Both the position numbers and the translations under genes were made by a program. This document shows, one piece after another, positions 1-8,272 of a stretch of 27,159 bases of DNA (positions within the stretch are counted from its first letter, which is position 1; each line of letters opens with the position of its first letter). The notes beneath the pieces were generated by a model. The model was given only the letters and a program-made list of their open reading frames with translations. It had not been told where the DNA came from and searched no databases. This DNA comes from Candidatus Micrarchaeota archaeon. GTDB taxonomy: Archaea > B1Sed10-29 > JAJRYS01. The stretch is taken from the NCBI GenBank assembly GCA_964643685.1, contig CAZXTN010000005.1, forward strand, positions 1 through 27,159. The letters are read 5' to 3'.

Positions 1-509
1 TTCAAGTCAGTGCCGTCGCAAAGTTCTCCTTGTTGAATTATGTTGTCACCGCAGTGAGTGCAGAAAGTATAATCATAGTCGCTGCAGTCGCTTTTGCATC
101 CGAGAGTTCCTCCTGTGAAGCCAAGTGACTCGCATGTATTGCCGCTTAAATTAGCTCCGTCGCAAACTTCGCTTCCTTCAATCACTCCATTGCCGCATCC
201 AATCTGCTTATGCAAGTAAATCTCACTTACATTACCTTGTTTGCATAATTCAACAGCTGAAAAACCAGTTCCTTCAAGAATATCCTTGCCATTCACAGTG
301 CAAGCTTTTTCACAAAAATTGCACGGGTCATGCGCGTTCACTAAATGATTAGTTCTGCATTGATTAGCAGCTGTCTTGCATTGCTCAAAGTTAATACTTG
401 AAACAGAATTACCTGCACTGCCTGAAACAACGTAAACAACTATGCCTGCAACAAGCAAAACAACTGCAATAATAACCAAGTACTCTAAGCTACCCTGCGC
501 TTTCCTCAT
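1..509 (-). CDS. Partial (C-terminus beyond the window edge) secreted pilin-like protein with an archaeal class-III (type IV prepilin) signal peptide and cysteine-rich repeats
   Basis: Hand translation of the minus strand from the ATG at 509-507 gives MRKAQGSLEYLVIIAVVLLVAGIVVYVV.... This is a basic N-terminus, then Q at +1 and E at +5, then a hydrophobic helix, as in archaeal prepilins cleaved by a PibD/EppA-type peptidase. Downstream come cysteine-rich repeats such as CGNGVIEGSEVCDGANLSGNTCESLGF and CGDNIIQQGELCDGTDL, resembling the Myxococcus-type cysteine-rich repeat CGNG-x-E-x-GE-x-CDDGN. The gene is absent from the ORF track because it runs off the window. Confidence 0.55.
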   Translation of the reverse strand, partial: MRKAQGSLEYLVIIAVVLLVAGIVVYVVSGSAGNSVSSINFEQCKTAANQCRTNHLVNAHDPCNFCEKACTVNGKDILEGTGFSAVELCKQGNVSEIYLHKQIGCGNGVIEGSEVCDGANLSGNTCESLGFTGGTLGCKSDCSDYDYTFCTHCGDNIIQQGELCDGTDL

Positions 510-582
510 TAAGTAAGAAGTAATACAGAAAAAGAATAAAAAGCTTAGTGTTTAGTGTATCATTTTAATAAAAAACATAAAT

Positions 583-594
583 TTATATATTATA
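583..594 (+). promoter_or_regulatory. TATA-like box (tttatatattat) about 20-25 nt upstream of the AbiEi-like gene's ATG at 612; possibly a leaderless transcript
   Basis: AT-rich TATA-like element in a position typical for archaeal promoters. No SD lies between it and the ATG at 612. Confidence 0.25.
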
Positions 595-611
595 ACTCTT
601 ATATTTATCTT

Positions 612-1436
612 ATGAAAAAAATAAAAGAAGTAAATAATAGTTATAAAAACACTTTGTGGCTTAAAAAGGAGTATACTGGCATTTCTGCATTGGAACAGCA
701 GTTGATTTCTTTAATAAAAGGTTATAACCTAATTACTTTCAATGTTATAGAGGTAAGGAGGTTATCAAATTTCAGTTTAAACCAAATTCACAATCTTCTT
801 TTTTCCCTGAAGAAAAAAGGGGTATTAATTCAAGTTAAAAAAGGACATTATGTGTTGAAAGAAGGGGTAAAAGGAAGGGAATTTGAAATAGCAACGAATT
901 TGGTTAATCCTTCTTATGTTAGTTTTTGGACTGCAATGTCTTATTACGGCTTTACTGAACAGCAAGTTAAGACAATTCAATTAGTGTCAAATAAGCAGGT
1001 TAAAAGTTTTGAATTCATGGGACACAGAGTTGAAATTGCCTCCTTCTCTCCTAATAAGTTTTTTGGGTATAAGAGAGTGGATGGCTTTAACATAGCTGAA
1101 AAGGAGAAAGCACTTGTCGATTCTCTTTCAAATTTGGAAAAAGCAGGGGGAGTGGAGGAGTTTGCAAAATGCCTCAAAAACGCTTGGGATGAGATTAACA
1201 AAAAGAAATTCATTGACTACTTAATTAAATTCAATAACAATTCAATGATTTCAAGGGCAGGTTTTTTAATAGAAAAGCAGGGGCTCAAACTCAGCAAGAA
1301 GCAGACAAAAAGATTGATTAATAGAAAATCAAGCTGTTTTGTGAAATTAGCTCCTTCCCAACAAAAGTCAAAAACTTATGACAAGAAATGGATGATTAAT
1401 GTAAATGTTGAAATTAAAGGAGAGGAAGTAATATGA
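612..1436 (+). CDS. abiEi: AbiEi-like antitoxin or transcriptional regulator of a type IV TA / abortive infection pair (the track ORF starts at a GTG at 555)
   Basis: N-terminal region resembling a winged helix, then a C-terminal block NPSYVSFWTAMSYYGFTEQ...FFGYKRVDGFNIAEKEKALVDSL. This matches the AbiEi-family pattern (P-x-Y-h-S-x-x-SAL-x-YYG ... FFGY ... E-P-EKALLDLL). The gene overlaps the downstream nucleotidyltransferase gene by 4 nt (ATGA), as in TA operons. Confidence 0.5.
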   Translation: MKKIKEVNNSYKNTLWLKKEYTGISALEQQLISLIKGYNLITFNVIEVRRLSNFSLNQIHNLLFSLKKKGVLIQVKKGHYVLKEGVKGREFEIATNLVNPSYVSFWTAMSYYGFTEQQVKTIQLVSNKQVKSFEFMGHRVEIASFSPNKFFGYKRVDGFNIAEKEKALVDSLSNLEKAGGVEEFAKCLKNAWDEINKKKFIDYLIKFNNNSMISRAGFLIEKQGLKLSKKQTKRLINRKSSCFVKLAPSQQKSKTYDKKWMINVNVEIKGEEVI

Positions 1437-2176
1437 TTTCAAAAGAAGCATTGAAAAAAGAAGCTGAAAAAAGCAATTTAACATTATATCAACAGGAGAA
1501 AGATTACCTGCTTAAATTATTCTTGTTTAATTATTACCAAGATTCAGAAGAAGCAGTGTTCAAAGGAGGGACATGCTTAAAGTATTTATTCGGGTTAAAC
1601 CGCTTCTCAGAAGACTTGGATTTTAATTTAAAAACAAGCCCTAATAAATTTCAAAAACAAGTGGCTTCAACTTTAAAAAAAATCAACAAACTTGGAATTA
1701 AAAGTAGTTTTAAAAAACAAGAATTGTTCAAAAATACATTTACTTGCGAAATAAGATTCAAAGGACCCTTGTACAACGGCGAAAGTAATTCCCTAAACAA
1801 AATAAGAATAGATGCAGGAAAAAGAACAGGCATTAAGCTAAAGCCAAAATGGCAATTAATAGAATCAGAATACCCTGAAACACCTAAAAGTTTCTTGGTT
1901 CTAGCTCTTGATGAAAGGGAAATTTTAGCTGAAAAAATAAGCGCCTTGCTTTCAAGAAATAAAGGCAGAGATTTATATGATGTCTGGTTCCTCTTAAAAA
2001 AAGGAGTGGAATTAAATGCAAAACTAGTTAATCAAAAAGCAATTGAAAAAAAACTGAAATTTCCTTCAAAAAAAGAGTACGAGAGGGACATGAAAAAATT
2101 AACTCGCAAAACAATACCTTATGATCAAGCAATAAGCGAAGTTAAAAAAAGACTAAAAAAGGTTATAGAAGAATAA
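1433..2176 (+). CDS. abiEii: AbiEii-like nucleotidyltransferase toxin (DUF1814 family) of a type IV TA / Abi system
   Basis: The motif FKGGTCLKYLFGLNRFSEDLDF matches the hallmark GGT-x-L ... RFSEDID N-terminal NTase motif of the AbiEii/DUF1814 family. Its size (247 aa) and the translational coupling to the upstream gene fit the family. Confidence 0.6.
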   Translation: MISKEALKKEAEKSNLTLYQQEKDYLLKLFLFNYYQDSEEAVFKGGTCLKYLFGLNRFSEDLDFNLKTSPNKFQKQVASTLKKINKLGIKSSFKKQELFKNTFTCEIRFKGPLYNGESNSLNKIRIDAGKRTGIKLKPKWQLIESEYPETPKSFLVLALDEREILAEKISALLSRNKGRDLYDVWFLLKKGVELNAKLVNQKAIEKKLKFPSKKEYERDMKKLTRKTIPYDQAISEVKKRLKKVIEE

Positions 2177-2205
2177 AAAGAAAAAAAGCATTGAAAAAAG
2201 GCACA

Positions 2206-2994
2206 TTACCTGATATAACTCAAATGCCCTTGATCCAATGGCTTTGGCTGAATAGACTGCTGCGCTTGCTGCTGCTTCTGAATGTTCTGCAATTTCTGAA
2301 TCATTTCCTCTGTTTCCTTAGCTTTCTTATCCAATCCTTTTAAGTTAACTTTCAAACCAAGGTAATCCAATACAATTTTTAATACATTCTTAGATGCTTT
2401 AGGGTCAATGAAATTGCCATGAGTCTCGCCCATCAAACAAATGCCAGGCACTTTATACAAGCCAGCAATGCCAATCATCAAACCAGCCGCACCTACAATA
2501 GCTCCGCCTACTTTTCCGAACAACACGTTCATTTTTTCAAACTTTTTAACCAGCTTCTTGTCATTCACTGCTCCAAACACTTTAGGGTTCTTAGCCAAGT
2601 GATTCAAGCCATAACCGCCAAGAGTAAACACAAAACTGATTTTAAAATTCTTCTTAAACTCTTTAACTATCAATTCTGAAATCGCGTACTGCGACTGCAC
2701 AGTAAGCCCCTGGTCATCTCCAATTAAAACAATAAAATCTTTTTCAGTTTTCTTCTTTGCCTTGTAAAAATAAAACTCAATTTTCCTCATCTTGCCTGTG
2801 CCGTCTTTTTGAATGTCAAACTGAGGCGGAAAATCAGGAGAATACAATTCAGCAAACTTTTCAAGCTTCAATTCATTAACTAAGTGCTCAGCTGCAATCC
2901 TGCCAACCAAACCCAAGCCAGGCAAACCCTCAATCAAAACAGGTTTACTTAACTTCGGTTTTTTCAAATACACAATCCTAGTTTCAAACACCAT
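2206..2994 (-). CDS. PAC2-family protein (proteasome assembly chaperone-like, COG1938-type) with a Gln-rich C-terminal tail
   Basis: LIEGLPGLGLVGRIAAEHLV and the overall pattern match archaeal PAC2/PbaB-like proteins. Its position after Nop10 is the conserved one in the L44e-S27e-aIF2alpha-Nop10-PAC2 archaeal cluster. Confidence 0.55.
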   Translation of the reverse strand: MVFETRIVYLKKPKLSKPVLIEGLPGLGLVGRIAAEHLVNELKLEKFAELYSPDFPPQFDIQKDGTGKMRKIEFYFYKAKKKTEKDFIVLIGDDQGLTVQSQYAISELIVKEFKKNFKISFVFTLGGYGLNHLAKNPKVFGAVNDKKLVKKFEKMNVLFGKVGGAIVGAAGLMIGIAGLYKVPGICLMGETHGNFIDPKASKNVLKIVLDYLGLKVNLKGLDKKAKETEEMIQKLQNIQKQQQAQQSIQPKPLDQGHLSYIR

Positions 2995-3014
2995 TTTTTA
3001 ACAACACCCTTTAT

Positions 3015-3167
3015 TCAAACTCCATAAAGCATTTTTCTTCTCTCTTCACCGTACTTGTCTGTCAATGAAAACTTAGGTGGTTCAGGGTTAAAAGTCTTCT
3101 CACTGCAAACAGGACAAATTTCATCCATGGAATAATGCCCGTTTCTGCATTTTCTAAGCAAAGACAT
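3015..3167 (-). CDS. nop10: H/ACA ribonucleoprotein subunit Nop10 (50 aa), not in the supplied ORF track
   Basis: Hand translation gives MSLLRKCRNGHYSMDEICPVCSEKTFNPEPPKFSLTDKYGEERRKMLYGV, with the Nop10 zinc-ribbon C-x5-H ... CPVC and the PPKFSxxDKY motif. It lies directly downstream of aIF2-alpha, as in most archaea. Confidence 0.75.
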   Translation of the reverse strand: MSLLRKCRNGHYSMDEICPVCSEKTFNPEPPKFSLTDKYGEERRKMLYGV

Positions 3168-3174
3168 GAAATCA

Positions 3175-3957
3175 TCAATTTTTTATTCTTTCAAAACTGA
3201 ATTCAAGTTTTTTCTTCTTAGCTTCTTTTTCCATTGCTGAAATTAATTTTTTCAAATTTTTTTCAGCTGACTGGTAATCAATTGCTTCAACTTTGATTGA
3301 GTACCTTGGAGCTGACACGTATTCAATTGACACTCCTTCTTCTTTCATGAACTTTGTTAAGAATTTTTTAATAACTTCAATCCCATTTTCTGCGTAACTT
3401 GTAATATTCAAAAATCCTTTAATGACAACTTTTTGCACTGTAATGTTTTTTTCAGCAAATTCAATTATAGCCTTTTTCCATTTAGCTGGAATCTTAAGCC
3501 CTTTGAACGCTTCTTCGCCGTAAATTGAAGCGCTTTCAAAAGCTGAGAACAAGTCACCGAACTCATCTTCTAAAACAAAGCCAACTTCTTCATATGCTTT
3601 CTTGAAAGGAACTTTCAAATCCTTGCATAATTTTTCAAAAATCTTATCAGCTTTCTTTTCCCTTTTCCAATCTTCATTTTTCCTCTTCTCCTGCTGAGAA
3701 GAAACGTCCCTGAAAGACACGTCAATCGTGCCTTTCCTTTCATCAACATAAATTACCTTACCTACTTTCAACTGCCCCTCTGACAAAAAGCTCCTGATAT
3801 TCTTAACCCATGAAGTTGAAATTTTAGAGCGGTGAGTAAAACATTCTTTTCCACCATACTCCTCCAAGCTGCCAATGGCTCCGTAATCCATTATCCTCTT
3901 AATTTTCACTATTACCAAGTCGCCTCTTGAAGGCCAGTCTCTTCTTTTCAAAAACAA
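3175..3957 (-). CDS. eif2a: Translation initiation factor 2 alpha subunit (aIF2-alpha)
   Basis: N-terminal S1 domain PSRGDLVIVKIKRIMDYGAIGSLEEYGGKECF is typical of a/eIF2-alpha. The length of 260 aa and the conserved neighbourhood (S27e upstream, Nop10 downstream) agree. Confidence 0.85.
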   Translation of the reverse strand: MFLKRRDWPSRGDLVIVKIKRIMDYGAIGSLEEYGGKECFTHRSKISTSWVKNIRSFLSEGQLKVGKVIYVDERKGTIDVSFRDVSSQQEKRKNEDWKREKKADKIFEKLCKDLKVPFKKAYEEVGFVLEDEFGDLFSAFESASIYGEEAFKGLKIPAKWKKAIIEFAEKNITVQKVVIKGFLNITSYAENGIEVIKKFLTKFMKEEGVSIEYVSAPRYSIKVEAIDYQSAEKNLKKLISAMEKEAKKKKLEFSFERIKN

Positions 3958-4035
3958 ATCACCTTAAACAAATTTTTCAGTAAAAGAAATTATAAAAGAA
4001 CAAGAATAAAAAGGCAATGCCTGAATAAAAAATTT

Positions 4036-4212
4036 TTATTCAAGCACTTTCAAGATACTTGCAGTTACCTTTGCTTTTTTCGCAGAAGGCTTAACTAAAA
4101 CGTTTTCGCATACAAGGCATTTAACTTCAGTCGCAGCTGAACCAAAAACAACCTGCTCATTTCCACATTTAGGGCACTTAACTAACAAAAACTTGCTCCT
4201 TTCCTTCATCAT
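4036..4212 (-). CDS. rps27e: Ribosomal protein S27e (eS27), 58 aa, not in the supplied ORF track
   Basis: Hand translation gives MMKERSKFLLVKCPKCGNEQVVFGSAATEVKCLVCENVLVKPSAKKAKVTASILKVLE, the C4 zinc finger VKCP-x-CG-x-EQVVF ... C-x-x-C of S27e. It sits between L44e and aIF2-alpha. Confidence 0.8.
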   Translation of the reverse strand: MMKERSKFLLVKCPKCGNEQVVFGSAATEVKCLVCENVLVKPSAKKAKVTASILKVLE

Positions 4213-4229
4213 TTCTTAACACCTTCCAT

Positions 4230-4523
4230 TTATTGCCTTTTAATTTCAACTGCCTTCTTGCCATCAGTAATTGGCCTCTGAACCTTCTTATGGCAAACAC
4301 TGCACTCTAAAACAGCAACTGACTTGTGCCTCTGCTTGATTACTTTTTTCTTACCTGCTAACTGTGAAGTGTAACCCTTGGTTTTTTCAATGTGCTTTTT
4401 CTGACCCCAAGCAACACTCCTTGCTTTTGCAGGTGACTTCTTATACACTATTTTTTTCACAATGTGCTTCGTGTGCTTGTGGCACTTGTCGCAATAAGTA
4501 TTGATTTCCTTAGGTATTTTCAT
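4230..4523 (-). CDS. rpl44e: Ribosomal protein L44e (eL42)
   Basis: MKIPKEINTYCDKCHKHTKH ... LECSVCHKK matches the L44e zinc-ribbon (NTYCP-x-C ... C-x-x-C). The true start is probably the internal ATG at 4523, which has an AAGGAGAGGA ribosome-binding site. The track ORF is extended upstream to 4637. Confidence 0.8.
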   Translation of the reverse strand: MKIPKEINTYCDKCHKHTKHIVKKIVYKKSPAKARSVAWGQKKHIEKTKGYTSQLAGKKKVIKQRHKSVAVLECSVCHKKVQRPITDGKKAVEIKRQ

Positions 4524-4590
4524 TTCCAAATCCTCTCCTTTAAATGCAAAGAACCTTCTTGTTTTTACTTCAATAAAAAAGTTGCGGCTT

Positions 4591-5178
4591 TCAAACAATC
4601 TCCGCAAACCCTTTTTCAACAAGAAGACTCGCTTCATTTGAAGGCAGCCTTACAACTTCGCTGCTTTCAAAAGGCCCTAAATTCTCCCCGCTTGAAGAAA
4701 CAAAAGCAGGGACGTTTTGTAATATTCTCACTACAACCATATTTAAATCTTCTGCTTCTCTTTTTTCATCACTTAAAGCAGGTATTTTTTCATCTAAAAC
4801 AGTTTCAGCAGATGAAACTGAAGAAAACTCTCCAACAAGAGCTTTATCAAACTCTCTTCTGAAATCCTTTATTACTTTAACTGCTTCATTAAAAAAACTT
4901 TTTTCAATTTCAACAACCCTCTCTTCTTTAAAGCCATTACGAGCTGACTTCAATGCTTTTGTCAAGATTTTCATTTCCCTTCTTTCAAAAATATCAACAG
5001 CAATCTTCTGAATATTATCCAAAACCTTAGCATCTTCAACAGAACCAGTTTCAGCATACCTCCTCTTATACCCTTTGATCAAATCACTTAACTCAGAGTA
5101 AAAATTAGAACTCAGCTCAGCTAAACTAGAGGAATTCCTCTCCATTCTCTGAAACCTTCTCAAATCCTCGTAATTCAT
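4591..5178 (-). CDS. gins51: GINS complex subunit Gins51 (Gins15)
   Basis: N-terminal helical A-domain YEDLRRFQRMERNSSSLAEL..FYSEL. C-terminal B-domain VRILQNVPAFVSSSGENLGPFESSEVVRLPSNEASLLVEKGFAEI, as in archaeal Gins51. It sits next to priS, as in many archaea. The start is likely the ATG at 5178 with a GGAGGC SD. Confidence 0.65.
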   Translation of the reverse strand: MNYEDLRRFQRMERNSSSLAELSSNFYSELSDLIKGYKRRYAETGSVEDAKVLDNIQKIAVDIFERREMKILTKALKSARNGFKEERVVEIEKSFFNEAVKVIKDFRREFDKALVGEFSSVSSAETVLDEKIPALSDEKREAEDLNMVVVRILQNVPAFVSSSGENLGPFESSEVVRLPSNEASLLVEKGFAEIV

Positions 5179-5265
5179 GAAACTAAAGCCTCCGCACAAA
5201 AAAAGAAAATACCAATTCATAATTGTAAGCAAACAACTATTTAAGACAAACCCAACTTAAAAAAG

Positions 5266-6309
5266 TTAAAAGTTTTCAATTGCCTTTTTCTTAGCTATTA
5301 AAAACAAGGCAGCAAACTCAGGCAAGGCAATTTCCTGTTCTTTTTTCAAAGGCCCGAATGACTGCTCCTTTAACACGAATTCCTCCACGTCTTCAAGCAC
5401 CTTTACTTTAACTTCCTCGCTTCCGAAAACCACCGCATCCCTGAAAGGATTGTAACTCTCAAGCTTGGTTAAATCAACGTAATCACACAGCAAAGACGAA
5501 CCGCCGTGAATAGTTGAAGGCATTCTAATCAAACGAGACACATCAAGAGTAACCCCCTGGTCAATCTGAGAAGTAATATTAGCTTTCATTTTCTCCAATT
5601 GCTTCTGAATATCACTTTCAAAACCACGCACCACGTCATAATTGCCTTTCATTATTTGATCAATTGCATACTGCTTGTCCTCATCTGTCTTAAACGCTTT
5701 CCTATTAGAATTTTTAACATATTCAATTGCAGCGTCTCTGAACCTTCTTCCCCATCCAACAGGATCAACTTCTTTCTTGGAAATGAACCTCTTGACATCC
5801 AAGCCAATGCCCATCACATACTCACTAACTTCCCTTCTGCCAAGAGAATTCAGTTTCTTAACTTCATCATTGCGCACGTAAATATGATAACCCCTGTTAC
5901 CAGAAAAAGCAACTTCAACCTCGCTTTTGCTTATGCCAAAGTCTTTCATTAAAAACTCTTCAATCAAATAAAAAGAGTCCCTCTTCGCCTTCTCCAACGC
6001 CTCCTCGTCAGTCAATTTCTGCACGTCTGAATCAAACTCGAAAATCAAGTCAGCACCCTTCCACATTTTCTTAGGCATTGGACGCGCTCCTGGAAACTCA
6101 TAATAAGCAACTGAAAAACTAGCATACAAAGGAGCATTTGACACGAAGTAATTCTGCAAATCCCTTGAATTCTTAAAACTAAAGTGCCTGTAATCAATTT
6201 TCTTCTCATTGCCGAATCCAAATTCCCTTTCCTGAAACCTGTACGGAGGGCGTACAGGGTGCTTCAAGTAAAACTCCTCTAACTTCTTCTTTAAAAAACC
6301 ACTAACCAT
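5266..6309 (-). CDS. priS: DNA primase small (catalytic) subunit PriS
   Basis: Eukaryotic-type primase motifs: acidic LIFEFDSD, SGNRGYHIYV and RMPSTIHG. It lies adjacent to the priL gene. Confidence 0.85.
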   Translation of the reverse strand: MVSGFLKKKLEEFYLKHPVRPPYRFQEREFGFGNEKKIDYRHFSFKNSRDLQNYFVSNAPLYASFSVAYYEFPGARPMPKKMWKGADLIFEFDSDVQKLTDEEALEKAKRDSFYLIEEFLMKDFGISKSEVEVAFSGNRGYHIYVRNDEVKKLNSLGRREVSEYVMGIGLDVKRFISKKEVDPVGWGRRFRDAAIEYVKNSNRKAFKTDEDKQYAIDQIMKGNYDVVRGFESDIQKQLEKMKANITSQIDQGVTLDVSRLIRMPSTIHGGSSLLCDYVDLTKLESYNPFRDAVVFGSEEVKVKVLEDVEEFVLKEQSFGPLKKEQEIALPEFAALFLIAKKKAIENF

Positions 6310-6316
6310 AAACGCA

Positions 6317-7303
6317 TCACTTTTTTCTTCCTCTCATGTTCTTGTAATAAGACACTGGATGATTCCAGTGGCAAGACTCGTCCTTGAAGCACAAGCCGTA
6401 GCTGACCATTTTAGCGCATGAAGGAGCAGAGTATTTAGTCCCTCCTTTTTTTCCGTAAGAATGTTCCAAGTAATACCTTGTTTTTTTCTCGTCAAAGTTC
6501 TCCTGCGTCCTGAAATACTCAACTGCCTTGTCAATCGGCATGTTGATACTGGCAAAAAAAGTTGACAAGACAAAACGAGGCAAATGCCCTACTTTATTAT
6601 CTGTTCTCAAGTCGCTTACTATTTTTTTCATGCAAGGAGGAAACGCCTGCACATCAAGCTCGCCTGAAATTATCTCCTCCTGCAGCTTTTTTTCACTGTT
6701 AAGCAACTGCGAGTATTCAGCAAAAATTGCAGGGACTATTTTTTCATCAACTTTCATGTTAAGAATCGACTGGTAAACGCTTTCAGCAACAAGCTTAGCT
6801 AAGACATTTTTTTCTATTTTCACAAGCCCTTTGTCAAGAGGCATGTTCACAAGCTTGTATTCGCTGCCTTTAGGCAAGTGATTCACGTATTCAACAAAAG
6901 GAATGAGAAAGTTTTCATCTTCTTTTGTCAAATTAAAATCTTCAGCTAATTTTTCAACCTGCTCTTGCCCTTCTCTTTGCAGGAAGTAATACACGTTATC
7001 AGCTACTGCCCGTGCATACTTTTTTTTAATGAAAAAATCGCCGTTAAGAGACACTAAAACATTTGAGACAGGATAAGTAAAAAGCAAGTCCTTCAAGTAC
7101 TCCATCATTTTAGTTGATTCAATTGACTTGTAATTTTCAATAGGGTTGTTGTTTCTGATCATTTTTTTTATTCTTTCAACAGCTGACTCTAAAAATTCAG
7201 GAGTAATTTTGTCAAAAGTGAAGTTGTAAAATTCTATGAATTGCTTAGCTTCTTTTGAAAAAGGGTACTTAGCGTAAAATTTCAAGTCTTCAAACTCGCT
7301 CAT
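6317..7303 (-). CDS. priL: DNA primase large subunit PriL
   Basis: Size, position upstream of priS, and the C-terminal cysteine cluster (C...C...C...C, Fe-S domain) typical of PriL/PriB. Confidence 0.75.
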   Translation of the reverse strand: MSEFEDLKFYAKYPFSKEAKQFIEFYNFTFDKITPEFLESAVERIKKMIRNNNPIENYKSIESTKMMEYLKDLLFTYPVSNVLVSLNGDFFIKKKYARAVADNVYYFLQREGQEQVEKLAEDFNLTKEDENFLIPFVEYVNHLPKGSEYKLVNMPLDKGLVKIEKNVLAKLVAESVYQSILNMKVDEKIVPAIFAEYSQLLNSEKKLQEEIISGELDVQAFPPCMKKIVSDLRTDNKVGHLPRFVLSTFFASINMPIDKAVEYFRTQENFDEKKTRYYLEHSYGKKGGTKYSAPSCAKMVSYGLCFKDESCHWNHPVSYYKNMRGRKK

Positions 7304-7340
7304 TAAATAAAGTTAGTGAAAAAACAAGAATAAAAAACGC

Positions 7341-8222
7341 TCACATGCTTCTCAAGCGCTTGATTCTCTCTTCAATTGGAGGATGAGTTGAAAACAATTT
7401 GCCAAACCTTCCTTTCAAATTATGAGGAGTCACTATGTAAAGAGGCTCAGTTCCCCTGTTAGCAACTTCCAAGTCATCCTTGTCTTTTGAAATTTTCTCC
7501 AAAGCGCTTGCAAGTCCCTCAGGATAACGAGTTAACAAGGCAGCGTTAGCGTCAGCTAAAAATTCCCTTTTTCTAGAAAGAGAAAATTGAAGCAAATAAG
7601 CAAACAAAGGGGACAAGACAGCTAAAATCAAAGCAAGTACCAGCAACAGTACCCCTCCTCCCCTATCATCTCTTGAATCAGCTCCGTAAACAAAGCTCCT
7701 TATCATTACATCTGAAATCAGAACAACAACACCCACTAAGACACTGGCAAGCATCATCAACCTGATGTCGTAATTTTTAATATGACTCATTTCATGAGCT
7801 ATAACTCCTTCTAACTCCAACCTGTTTAATTTTTTCAGCAAACCTGAAGTAACTGCAATGCTCGCATGCTGAGGATCCCTGCCTGTGGCAAACGCGTTAG
7901 GAGCAGAGTCATCAATAATGTAAATTTTAGGAGTCGGCACTCCAGCTGCAATTGCAATTTCCTCAACAACATTTATGAGATAAGCATTTTCTTTTTTAGT
8001 TGGCTGGCGCGCCCTACTTATTTTCAAAATCAGCTTGTCTCCATTGTAATAATTAACTACAACTAAAATTATTGAAATCAGCACAGCAATAAACAAGCCA
8101 ATATTACCATAACCTATCAACAGCCAGCCGAAAACCCAGCCGAGAACAGAAATAAGCGCAATGAATGCAATTATAAGAAGAATTGACTTTCTCTTGTTTG
8201 CTGTTATTTCTTCATACATCAT
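7341..8222 (-). CDS. htpX: HtpX-type M48 zinc metalloprotease (membrane)
   Basis: Two N-terminal TM helices, HExxH motif GVIAHEMSHIKNYD, and a downstream EFLAD motif. Located directly downstream of lemA. Confidence 0.85.
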   Translation of the reverse strand: MMYEEITANKRKSILLIIAFIALISVLGWVFGWLLIGYGNIGLFIAVLISIILVVVNYYNGDKLILKISRARQPTKKENAYLINVVEEIAIAAGVPTPKIYIIDDSAPNAFATGRDPQHASIAVTSGLLKKLNRLELEGVIAHEMSHIKNYDIRLMMLASVLVGVVVLISDVMIRSFVYGADSRDDRGGGVLLLVLALILAVLSPLFAYLLQFSLSRKREFLADANAALLTRYPEGLASALEKISKDKDDLEVANRGTEPLYIVTPHNLKGRFGKLFSTHPPIEERIKRLRSM

Positions 8223-8272
8223 TTTTCAAAAAACACCTCTTAAAAAAAGAAAAGAAAAAAAAGCAAGCTTTT

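Noticed and set aside
2206-2994. Possible C-terminal HbYX proteasome-docking motif on the PAC2-like protein
   Set aside because: The C-terminus reads LSYIR, and the Tyr is not penultimate as required for HbYX. Not claimed.
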